Assembly: GCA_902785645.1 (NCBI GenBank)
Contig: CACZZG010000002.1
Location: forward strand, 88,226-152,225
Length of the DNA stretch: 64,000 nucleotides
Direction: 5' to 3'
Source: an uncultured Erysipelotrichaceae bacterium
Lineage (GTDB): Bacteria; Bacillota_I; Bacilli_A; RFN20; CAG-826
A program made the position numbers and the translations under genes. Below, one piece after another: positions 50,273-58,718 of the stretch (position 1 is the stretch's first letter; each line of letters starts with the position of its first letter). A model generated the notes under the pieces. The model did no database searches and was not told the DNA's origin. It saw only the letters and a list, made by a program, of their open reading frames with translations.

Positions 50273-51121
50273 ATGAACCAGTTAAAAGATAGTACTTATA
50301 CTGGCGAAAGAGCTCTCTTCTCATTAAAAGATGCAGAAATCACTAATTGCATTTTTGAAGATGGAGAATCCCCTCTTAAAGAGAGTCGTAATTTAGTCAT
50401 TAACAAAACCACATTTAAGTGGAAGTATCCAATTTGGTATTCCGAGAATGTAAAATGCGATGACATTCATATCGAGAATACCGCGAGAAGCGGCATTTGG
50501 TACACGAAAAACATTACAATCACTAATTCTCTTATTGAATCACCAAAGACTTTTAGATACGCGGAAAACGTTCTTTTAGAAAAGTGTAAAATTCCTAACG
50601 CAAGTGAAACATTTTGGAACTGTAAAGGTATCAGATTAATAGATGTCGAAGTGAAAGGTGATTATTTAGGATTTAGATCATCTGATATTGAAATCGATAA
50701 TCTTGATCTCGATGGTAATTATGCCTTCGATAGTGCGAAGAACCTTGTTATTAGAAATTCCGTATTAAGAACCAAGGATGCTTTTTGGAATGTTGAAAAC
50801 GTCACCATTATTAATTCCACAATCATTGGTGAATATCTTGGATGGAATAGTAAGAACGTCACATTTATCAACTGTCTCATCGAATCTCACCAAGGTCTTT
50901 GCTATATGGATAATCTCAAAATGATTAATTGCCAACTCATTAATACTGACTTATGTTTTGAATATTGTTCTAATATAGACGCAGACATTATTACAGTCGT
51001 GGATTCTATTAAGAATCCATATTCCGGAACCATTCGCGTTCTCGGGGTTAAAGAAACAATATTAGAAGATGAATTCATTGATAGATCTAAAACAAAAATA
51101 ATTATTAAAGGTCATGAGTAA
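50273..51121 (+). CDS. Beta-helix repeat protein (DUF3737-like), function unknown
   Basis: About 20-residue periodic N/I/L repeats (ITNCIF, INKTTF, ITITNSLI, VIRNSVL, TIINSTI, FINCLI, MINCQLI). The family name is from memory only. Confidence 0.45.
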   Translation: MNQLKDSTYTGERALFSLKDAEITNCIFEDGESPLKESRNLVINKTTFKWKYPIWYSENVKCDDIHIENTARSGIWYTKNITITNSLIESPKTFRYAENVLLEKCKIPNASETFWNCKGIRLIDVEVKGDYLGFRSSDIEIDNLDLDGNYAFDSAKNLVIRNSVLRTKDAFWNVENVTIINSTIIGEYLGWNSKNVTFINCLIESHQGLCYMDNLKMINCQLINTDLCFEYCSNIDADIITVVDSIKNPYSGTIRVLGVKETILEDEFIDRSKTKIIIKGHE

Positions 51122-52262
51122 ATATAACTTTGATGAACTTGTAAATCGTAAGAACTCTCAATCATATAAATGGGATGTTAAAGATAATGAATTACCGATG
51201 TGGGTCGCGGATATGGATTTTCATATGCTCCCAGATATTAAAGTCGCGATTCAAAAAAGATTAGATATTGATGCCTTTGGTTATTGTGGTGTTCCTAAAG
51301 AATACTATGAATCATATAAGAACTGGTGGAAGAGAAGACACAATGTAGATATCGATGTTAACTCCATGGTTTATTCCGAAGGTGTCGTGGCCTCAATCGA
51401 TTCCATTCTTAAACATATCGTTAAACCTGGTAGTGGAATTATAGTCCAATCACCTGTTTATCACGTCTTCTATCACTGCATTGAAAACAATGGTCATTTC
51501 ATCAAAAACAACCAATTATTGTACAAAAAAGGCCAATATTGCATAGATTTTGATGGTTTAGAGGAACTTTTAAAGGATTCAACCAACTTAGTTCTCTTAT
51601 TGTGTAACCCTCATAATCCAGTAGGAAGAATATGGGATGAAGAAGAATTAAAACGCATCGTTGATCTTTGTAAACAACATAATGTCTTACTTATTAGTGA
51701 TGAAATTCACTGCGATATTACCGAACCAGGACATCAATATAATTCCATTCTTAAATACTCCGAAGATGCGATTGCTTTATTGGCTCCATCCAAGGCATTT
51801 AATTTAGCGGGTCTTAAATCATCAGTGGTGGTGACTCGTAATAAATCACTATTAAAAGAAATACAAAATGGTCTTGGTGAAGATGATTTGGGAGAACCTA
51901 ATTACTTTGCGTGTGACGCAACAATCGCAGCATTTGATAAAGGTGATCAATGGATTGATGAACTTAATCAATACTTATTAAATAACAAGAAATATATCCA
52001 AGAATATTTAAAGAAAAATCTACATGATATCCACTTGGTGGATATAAAAGCCACATATCTCTTGTGGTTGGATATATCTAAATACACATCTGATAGCGAA
52101 AGCTTCGCTAAAGAATTAAGAAAAAAGACCGGACTATTTCTCTCTAACGGGAAGCAATTCGGTCGGGGTGGCGAATCTTTCTTAAGAATGAATATCGCAA
52201 CATCTTTAGATAATGTCAAAGATGCTTGTGAAAGATTAAATAAATTTATTAAAAGCAACTAA
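51114..52262 (+). CDS. patB: PLP-dependent C-S lyase (MalY/PatB-type cystathionine beta-lyase)
   Basis: N-terminus NRKNSQSYKWD...MWVADMDF, PLP-Lys motif SPSKAFNLAGLK, and CNPHNPVGR. Confidence 0.85.
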   Translation: MSKYNFDELVNRKNSQSYKWDVKDNELPMWVADMDFHMLPDIKVAIQKRLDIDAFGYCGVPKEYYESYKNWWKRRHNVDIDVNSMVYSEGVVASIDSILKHIVKPGSGIIVQSPVYHVFYHCIENNGHFIKNNQLLYKKGQYCIDFDGLEELLKDSTNLVLLLCNPHNPVGRIWDEEELKRIVDLCKQHNVLLISDEIHCDITEPGHQYNSILKYSEDAIALLAPSKAFNLAGLKSSVVVTRNKSLLKEIQNGLGEDDLGEPNYFACDATIAAFDKGDQWIDELNQYLLNNKKYIQEYLKKNLHDIHLVDIKATYLLWLDISKYTSDSESFAKELRKKTGLFLSNGKQFGRGGESFLRMNIATSLDNVKDACERLNKFIKSN

Positions 52263-52285
52263 GCTTTATAGAAGTTGCTTTTTTT
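52251..52285. terminator. Bidirectional terminator embedded in the overlapping 3' ends of patB and the nucleotidase gene
   Basis: AAAAGCAACT (52251-60) pairs with AGTTGCTTTT (52273-82). The two convergent stop codons overlap by 4 nt (52259-52262). Confidence 0.55.
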
Positions 52286-53896
52286 ATGTGCCCAAACATT
52301 GTTTGTGTAATCGTAAGCGGATAATTCTGTGCCCGTTGCGTAATTTCCTGCACGCAACCAGTCTCTTAAGATTTCACGGTAGTTTTTATTTAATGTGGTA
52401 GTGCTACTTCCACCTGTTTCACTAAAGTAATCATAAATATGATTTTCGTTGATATGGAGGTATAGGTAATCAATAACTGCAACCTTATATTTTTGTGTTG
52501 AATAAATGGCGTCACTAGTGAAACTAGGATTACGATACATATAATTACTACTATAACCGAGCTCTTTCATAAACTCTTCACCAGTAATCTCTGCGATATA
52601 AATGATGTTATCAAACGGGAATGAGCGGTATAAATCGGTATATGTGAGCATTGTGGGATCGTCTGGATTGATGAGATTTTCTCTAGCGTAATTTGTCATT
52701 GCGATAGCGACGTTATATCCAGAGGCTGCTACCTTATCAAATATCGCTCTGCACATTAAATTAGGCGCATAACCAAAGTCTTTACTTCCGCCGCTATAGA
52801 AGTAACCACTCACATTATTTGCTAAAACTTCTTCTCTTTCAGTTTTGGATTGATTGTTATATTGATTGATTAAACCTTGAACAGTGGTATCAATTGTGGA
52901 TGTATTAGCTTTAATAGTATCTGAATCAATGAACGAGCAAACAACATTGCTCTTTTTATTTGTCGCGTAATCAAAAGTAATAGTGGTTTTACCAATTGAT
53001 TGTCCTTTAGCGTAAGTTTGAATATAGTTCAAATCGCCTTCTTTTCCGGTTTCTTGTGCGTGGGAGTGGCCACATAACACTAAATCAACATAACTTGATA
53101 AACCGTTATACATCACTTCGTCTTGTGGAGCGTGAATTGAAGCGATGATAATATCGCAGTGTTCTTCGTTTTTTAACTTAGTGGCTTCATCTTTGATGAA
53201 TTGAACATGATTTTTGAAATAAATATCTCTTGTGAATGAGGAACAAATAGATGTTAATTGCGAGGTTCCAATTCCACCTAAAATACCCACTTTAACTTCG
53301 TTTTCTAAAACATAAGTCACACTAGTTGTGCCTAAATTAGACATTTGATGTGTGCCTTCAATTTTATGTTCAAAATCATAATCATAGACATTACCCGCAA
53401 GTGTTGGAGTGGTATATCCTTCGTATTCTCTATTTTTATTAATTGCGATATATTCTTGTCCCCAGTCAAAGTCGTGGTTACCAACACTTCTAGCGTCGAA
53501 CTTCACATAGTTCATCACGTCTGTTAAAAGTGCGCCTTTGTTAAAGTTTGAATATATAGAACCTTGCCAAGTGTCGCCTTGATCGATGATTAAGGTATTT
53601 TCACTTTGATTTTTGTTTTTAAGAAATGTTCCCCATCTTGCTAAACCAACTTCATAGCCATTTTCTTCTACTGCACCATGAAAATCATTTGTGCTATACA
53701 CTTCAATTGTGGTGGTGCCGGTCTTTGGTCTGGTGCTTTCTGAAGAACTACTAGAAGATTTTTCTTCTGATGAAGATTGTTCCCCGCTACTAGGCTGACT
53801 AGATTGATTATTAGATGAAGATGGATGGTTTTGCTTAAAACATCCTGCGAGAAGCATGGATGATAGAACTAATAAATAGATAATTTTGTTTTTCAT
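52259..53896 (-). CDS. Lipoprotein 5'-nucleotidase/metallophosphoesterase (UshA/CpdB-like)
   Basis: Lipobox LLAGC. Ser-rich linker. NDFHG, GNHDFDWG and CGHSH metallophosphatase motifs. C-terminal 5'-nucleotidase-like domain. Confidence 0.85.
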   Translation of the reverse strand: MKNKIIYLLVLSSMLLAGCFKQNHPSSSNNQSSQPSSGEQSSSEEKSSSSSSESTRPKTGTTTIEVYSTNDFHGAVEENGYEVGLARWGTFLKNKNQSENTLIIDQGDTWQGSIYSNFNKGALLTDVMNYVKFDARSVGNHDFDWGQEYIAINKNREYEGYTTPTLAGNVYDYDFEHKIEGTHQMSNLGTTSVTYVLENEVKVGILGGIGTSQLTSICSSFTRDIYFKNHVQFIKDEATKLKNEEHCDIIIASIHAPQDEVMYNGLSSYVDLVLCGHSHAQETGKEGDLNYIQTYAKGQSIGKTTITFDYATNKKSNVVCSFIDSDTIKANTSTIDTTVQGLINQYNNQSKTEREEVLANNVSGYFYSGGSKDFGYAPNLMCRAIFDKVAASGYNVAIAMTNYARENLINPDDPTMLTYTDLYRSFPFDNIIYIAEITGEEFMKELGYSSNYMYRNPSFTSDAIYSTQKYKVAVIDYLYLHINENHIYDYFSETGGSSTTTLNKNYREILRDWLRAGNYATGTELSAYDYTNNVWAHKKSNFYKA

Positions 53897-53903
53897 ATAT
53901 GGC

Positions 53904-53917
53904 TACATTATAATGTA
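53904..53917. promoter_or_regulatory. Perfect 14-bp palindrome TACATTATAATGTA carrying a TATAAT on each strand (shared divergent promoter/operator)
   Basis: It lies in the 33-bp spacer between the nucleotidase ATG (53896) and the pit ATG (53930). Plus-strand TATAAT at 53909-14; minus-strand TATAAT on the complement of 53907-12. Neither gene has a convincing SD. Confidence 0.45.
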
Positions 53918-53929
53918 AGAGATATAAAC

Positions 53930-55030
53930 ATGACAATTCAGGACTTCTTCACGTTATGTAACGCACATCCATGGGCATATATTGCACTGATTTTTAATTT
54001 AGGTGTGGTATTTGTTAATGGTTGGACCGATGGTCCAAACTCTATAGCCACCGCCGTAACAACAAGAGCCATTAGACCAAAAGCCGCAGTTATTATGTGC
54101 GCTATTTTGAATGTCGTTGGTGTTGTTACAATCGGTGCCTTATCTATTTATTTATCTAAATTTATCGGAGGAGATGTTTCTCAAACAATCGCTAGTTTAG
54201 TGAATTGGGGAGAGGCCTCAATTGATAAAGTACTATGCGGCATTGCTTGTGGTTTATTAGCCATTGTTATCGTTAGTTTGCTTTGTACATATTTTGGATT
54301 CCCGTCCAGTCAATCCAATTGTTTAATTGGCGGTATTACTGGTAGTGGATTAGCTTTAATGATATTAGGAAGCAACGGCACAATTGGACTTGATCCTTGG
54401 ATTAAAGTCTTAATTGGTTTTGCTGGTTCATTGATATTGGGATTCCTTTTAGGATACGGAATTACATTCTTAATTCAACTAATCTTTAAAAAAGCTACAA
54501 GAGGTAAATCCACAAGATTCTTTAATGTTGGGCAAGTCGTTACCAGTGGAGTAATGAGTTTCTTCCATGGTGTACAAGATGGTGCAAAGTTCATTGGTAT
54601 ATTTATTCTTATCGGTGCGACGTTATCCACCTCTAATGGAGGAGATCAAGCTTCAGCTATTATGTCTTTAACTGGTGTCTGGTGGATCTATGTTCCGGTC
54701 GCAGTATTTATTGGATTAGGCACAATGATGGGTGGATACAATATCATCAAAACAATGGGAAAAGGCATGGTTTCTTTACAAAAATACCAAGCCTTTGCTA
54801 CAGATATTGCCGCTTCTATAGCATTATTATTAGCTACATTATTTGGTTTACCTGTTTCTACTGGAACAGTGAAAAGCACGGCAATTATGGGTGGTGGCGC
54901 CACCAAAGGATTTAAAAGAGTAAAATGGCCAGTCGCTGGTAAGATGGTGATGTGGGGAGTAATTGTTTTCCCGTTAAGCGCGATTACCGCGATGGTTTTA
55001 ATGTTTATATTTGTTTGGACATGTAAATAG
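53930..55030 (+). CDS. pit: Inorganic phosphate transporter, PiT family
   Basis: NGWTDGPNSIATAV (the PHO4 GANDxAN-like motif) recurs in the second half (FHGVQDGAKF). About 10 TM helices. Confidence 0.85.
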   Translation: MTIQDFFTLCNAHPWAYIALIFNLGVVFVNGWTDGPNSIATAVTTRAIRPKAAVIMCAILNVVGVVTIGALSIYLSKFIGGDVSQTIASLVNWGEASIDKVLCGIACGLLAIVIVSLLCTYFGFPSSQSNCLIGGITGSGLALMILGSNGTIGLDPWIKVLIGFAGSLILGFLLGYGITFLIQLIFKKATRGKSTRFFNVGQVVTSGVMSFFHGVQDGAKFIGIFILIGATLSTSNGGDQASAIMSLTGVWWIYVPVAVFIGLGTMMGGYNIIKTMGKGMVSLQKYQAFATDIAASIALLLATLFGLPVSTGTVKSTAIMGGGATKGFKRVKWPVAGKMVMWGVIVFPLSAITAMVLMFIFVWTCK

Positions 55031-55042
55031 GAGGTTTATTTT

Positions 55043-55678
55043 ATGTTTAAGAAAAAAGGAAAGGTCAAATCGAATCAATATTTTGATTCATTCCCCGTGT
55101 TATCACATTATTCTGTGGAATGCGGTGAGATGATTTTGGAGTTCATGAAGAACTTTGATCCGAAAAAGTCAGAAGAGTTGAAGACTAGTGTTCATGAAAT
55201 CGAACATCAAGCGGACGCAGTTAAACATTCCATTACCGCGAAATTATTAACGGAATTCATGACACCGATTGATCGTGAAGATATTTTTGAATTATTAAAA
55301 CTTATTGATGATGTCACTGATGCGATTGAAGAGATTTCCTTAAAAATCTATATCTATAACTATCAAGAATTACCTCCAAACACTATTCCATTTATGGAAA
55401 GCACACTTGAATGTATGAGAAGTGTCGAAAGATGTCTAAAAGAATTTCCACATTATTTAAATAAAGAAGTCTTTGAACCATTTGTGAATGAAGTGGTGAA
55501 GTATGAAGAAGAAGGCGATAGATTCTATATCGATAATATCCACGCCTTATATCAAAAAGAAAAAGACAATATCGATCGTCATAAAGCGGAAACAATGTAT
55601 TCCATGCTTGAAGATGTCTCAGATAGATGTCGTGAAGTATGTAGATTTGTGCAAAATATTGCACTTAAGAATATTTAA
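55043..55678 (+). CDS. DUF47/PhoU-like phosphate-transport accessory protein (YkaA-like)
   Basis: 211-aa all-helical protein adjacent to pit. Pattern E..AD.....L...F.TPIDREDI is typical of DUF47. Confidence 0.78.
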   Translation: MFKKKGKVKSNQYFDSFPVLSHYSVECGEMILEFMKNFDPKKSEELKTSVHEIEHQADAVKHSITAKLLTEFMTPIDREDIFELLKLIDDVTDAIEEISLKIYIYNYQELPPNTIPFMESTLECMRSVERCLKEFPHYLNKEVFEPFVNEVVKYEEEGDRFYIDNIHALYQKEKDNIDRHKAETMYSMLEDVSDRCREVCRFVQNIALKNI

Positions 55679-55681
55679 AAT

Positions 55682-57022
55682 ATGGGAAGAATCATCCAAG
55701 GGAAATGCGTTGATATATCTAGTGAAGGTAAAGGTGTCGTTAAGATTGGTAAAGACATCATCTTTTGTGATGGATTATTTCCTAATGAAGTCGCAGATAT
55801 TGAAATCCTTTATCAACGAGCAGGTGTTTCCTTTGGAAAGGTAAAAAAACTTTACGAAATATCTAAAGATAGAATCCAACCAAGATGTAAGATTTGCACT
55901 TCTTGTGGCGGCTGCCAATACCAACAAATTAAATATGAAAAGCAATTAGAATTCAAAACTAATAGAGTGAGAAACGCTTTAAAGAGAATTGCCCATATTG
56001 ATACAGAAGTCAAACCATGTATTGGCGCGAAACATCCATATAATTATCGAAACAAAATCCAAGTCCCTTTCGCTAAAGATAGAAAAGGTAGAGTGGTCTA
56101 TGGTTTCTATAAAGAAAACAGCCACGAAATCATCCCCACAAAAGAATGTGCGATTGAAGATAAAAGAGCCGCGCCGATCTTATGGGATATAAAAGAGTTA
56201 ATTAAAGAATTTGATATACCTGTTTATAACGAAGATAGTGGTAGAGGTATTTTAAGATACGTTCTTATTAGAACTTCGTATCACTATCCAGAACTAATGG
56301 TGGTCTTAGTAACCACAACGATGAACTTCCCTGGTCAAAGAAATTTCATCAACGCATTGATTAAAAAACATCCAGAGATTACTACAATCGTGGAGAACGT
56401 TAATTCTAGACATACGAACGTTATATTAGGCAACAAAGAAAAAGTCTTATATGGACCCGGATTTATTAAAGACACAATATGCGATTTGGTCTTTGAAATA
56501 TCCGCATCAAGTTTCTTCCAAATTAACCCTGAACAAGTCGAAATTCTCTACAAAACCGCGCTAAATCTCATTGATTTTAACAAAAAAGAGGTGGTTTTAG
56601 ATGCTTATTCAGGTGTTGGGACAATTGGTCTAATCGCCAGCAAGAACGCGAAAAAAGTCATCTCTGTGGAAATAGTGAAGGACGCTCATAAAAACGCCAT
56701 AGAGAACGCAAAAAGAAATAATGTGAACAATATTGAATTCTATTGTGATGATGCCAGTAAGTTTATTTCTAATTACGATGGAGATTTAGATATCGTCATT
56801 ATGGATCCACCTCGTAAGGGTAGTGATGAAAGATTCTTATCCACACTTATCAATAAGAGAGTTAAAAAGATTATTTATATATCCTGTGACCCAGAAACAT
56901 TAGCAAGAGATATTGAATATCTTTCTACTCATTACGTAGTAACATATGTCCAGCCCGTGGATTTATTCAGTATGACTGCGCACGTAGAAACGGTGGTTTG
57001 TTTACAACAAATAACCAAATAA
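55682..57022 (+). CDS. rlmD: 23S rRNA (uracil-5-)-methyltransferase, RumA/RlmD family
   Basis: TRAM domain at the N-terminus. Fe-S Cys cluster CKICTSCGGCQYQ. SAM motif DAYSGVGTIGL, DPPRKG, and catalytic region YISCDPETLARD. Confidence 0.9.
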   Translation: MGRIIQGKCVDISSEGKGVVKIGKDIIFCDGLFPNEVADIEILYQRAGVSFGKVKKLYEISKDRIQPRCKICTSCGGCQYQQIKYEKQLEFKTNRVRNALKRIAHIDTEVKPCIGAKHPYNYRNKIQVPFAKDRKGRVVYGFYKENSHEIIPTKECAIEDKRAAPILWDIKELIKEFDIPVYNEDSGRGILRYVLIRTSYHYPELMVVLVTTTMNFPGQRNFINALIKKHPEITTIVENVNSRHTNVILGNKEKVLYGPGFIKDTICDLVFEISASSFFQINPEQVEILYKTALNLIDFNKKEVVLDAYSGVGTIGLIASKNAKKVISVEIVKDAHKNAIENAKRNNVNNIEFYCDDASKFISNYDGDLDIVIMDPPRKGSDERFLSTLINKRVKKIIYISCDPETLARDIEYLSTHYVVTYVQPVDLFSMTAHVETVVCLQQITK

Positions 57023-57270
57023 ACAATTGGTGTTGTAATTGCTCAGACCAACTTATCTTGAATTGCACAAATCAATTTGACGACAGCTTTTCTTTAAGTA
57101 TGTGGTTACAGCTTGCCTCATCACTACTATCGAGTAAATTTTGCTAACGGCGAATTAAACACTGCACAGCATAATATGAATGAAAGATTTTGTATAAAAC
57201 ATAATAAAGAGATTTTGATCATGTCAAATGTGATAAACTATTTAAAAGCTATTCATATAGAGGTCTATCT

Positions 57271-58503
57271 ATGAAAATTGTTCAAGCAAAATGTCCAAAT
57301 TGTGGCGGGACACTAAAAGTGGATTCTGAAAAAGAAGCAGCCATTTGTGAATATTGCAAAACGCCATTCATTGTAGAAAAAGCAATCAATAACTACAATA
57401 CAACAATCGTTAATAATAATACTTTCAATGATGCAACGGTCTTTATTAATAACGATGATAAAAAGAGACTATCCAATTACTTAGATTTGTCTGAAAGCGC
57501 ATATCTTGCCCAAAACTATAAAGATTCTTTTAATTATAGCCTTTTAGTGATTCAAATTGATGGCAAATGTTCAAAAGCCTGGGACTTGAAATTGAAAAGC
57601 GGCATTAATCTCGCGAACTTAAGCATTAACGAGGTTAGAGAAGCAATGATAAATGCATCAAAAGGTTTAGATAATCCAGATGGTTATTTGGAAGGAATTG
57701 CCTCATTTATCATAAAAGAAATTGCAAAAAAGAATTTAACATCCTATGTTGAATTATTAAAAAAAACAAATGAGTCTTTAAAATCAGAATATAACAAAAA
57801 GTTATGGGAAGGAGTGGGCCCGTTGTTTTTAAATCCCTCAATGGAGCAGCAAGACAATGCTAATGTTACTTATTTTTGCAGCTATTCCATTTATATTGCC
57901 AATCTTGTTTTTATTTTTGAATATCAACAAATCAAAAAGGTAGATTTAGTTGATGAATTATTAATAATCTTTGATAATTTTTTAGAAATATACAAATTGT
58001 TGAATGAAAGAGTCCATATTTATGGACGTTCTCTTAGTACTAATGCTACTAATAGCTTTAAATCCACAATTAATGAACTAAAAAAATATTTATCTTTAGA
58101 AAAAGAAACCTTGATTGCAAAAAACGAAAAACTAAAAAAAGAAACCGAAGAAATAAAAGAAAAGATTGAGACCATTAAAGCCGAACATCCTTTTGATGGT
58201 GGAGAGTACGATAATAAGATTGCAACTTTGAATGGAGAGCATGAAAGATTAATAAGAGAGAAAAAAGCACTCGGCCTCTTTAAGTTCAAAGAAAAATCTT
58301 CTATTGCAAAAAGAATAAAAGAAACCAAACACGATATTGCCGCAATTGATAAAGAAAAGCAAAGCAGCAAAGCGCTATTTGATAAGGAAAACTATAAATA
58401 TTATGAAAATGAATCAAATCAGTTAAATGATTTACTTAATCAAATTTCAAAGAACAATGAAAGAATAAAAATAACCACCAACCGTATTTTGAAACGTATT
58501 TAA
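57271..58503 (+). CDS. Zinc-ribbon plus helical/coiled-coil protein of unknown function
   Basis: N-terminal CPNCGG...CEYCKTPF ribbon. Long K/E-rich coiled-coil C-terminal third. No recognisable catalytic motif. Confidence 0.6.
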   Translation: MKIVQAKCPNCGGTLKVDSEKEAAICEYCKTPFIVEKAINNYNTTIVNNNTFNDATVFINNDDKKRLSNYLDLSESAYLAQNYKDSFNYSLLVIQIDGKCSKAWDLKLKSGINLANLSINEVREAMINASKGLDNPDGYLEGIASFIIKEIAKKNLTSYVELLKKTNESLKSEYNKKLWEGVGPLFLNPSMEQQDNANVTYFCSYSIYIANLVFIFEYQQIKKVDLVDELLIIFDNFLEIYKLLNERVHIYGRSLSTNATNSFKSTINELKKYLSLEKETLIAKNEKLKKETEEIKEKIETIKAEHPFDGGEYDNKIATLNGEHERLIREKKALGLFKFKEKSSIAKRIKETKHDIAAIDKEKQSSKALFDKENYKYYENESNQLNDLLNQISKNNERIKITTNRILKRI

Positions 58504-58718
58504 ATATGGGCAAGTAAGGAAAGAAAGAATCCTCTTGGTGCAAAAAAGATTGCTTCTAGGACTTGCGACACAAGCCTTACGCGATATGATCATTTATGGA
58601 AGAACTTGTGCAAAACAGAACACACTGTGTGCTGAATTAATATACCATTTGATATATACAAATTGTTTCGTCTAAAGACGGTTCTTTTTGATATATAATA
58701 AATAAAGAGGTCAACGCT

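Noticed and set aside
58020-58370. Other antisense or out-of-frame track ORFs, for example 58020-58370(-), 24410-24742(+), 3619-3945(-), 33240-33560(-), 55503-55844(+) and 51968-52258(-)
   Set aside because: Each lies inside, or straddles, a confidently identified gene on the other strand or frame. None has a recognisable motif or RBS. They look like typical shadow ORFs.
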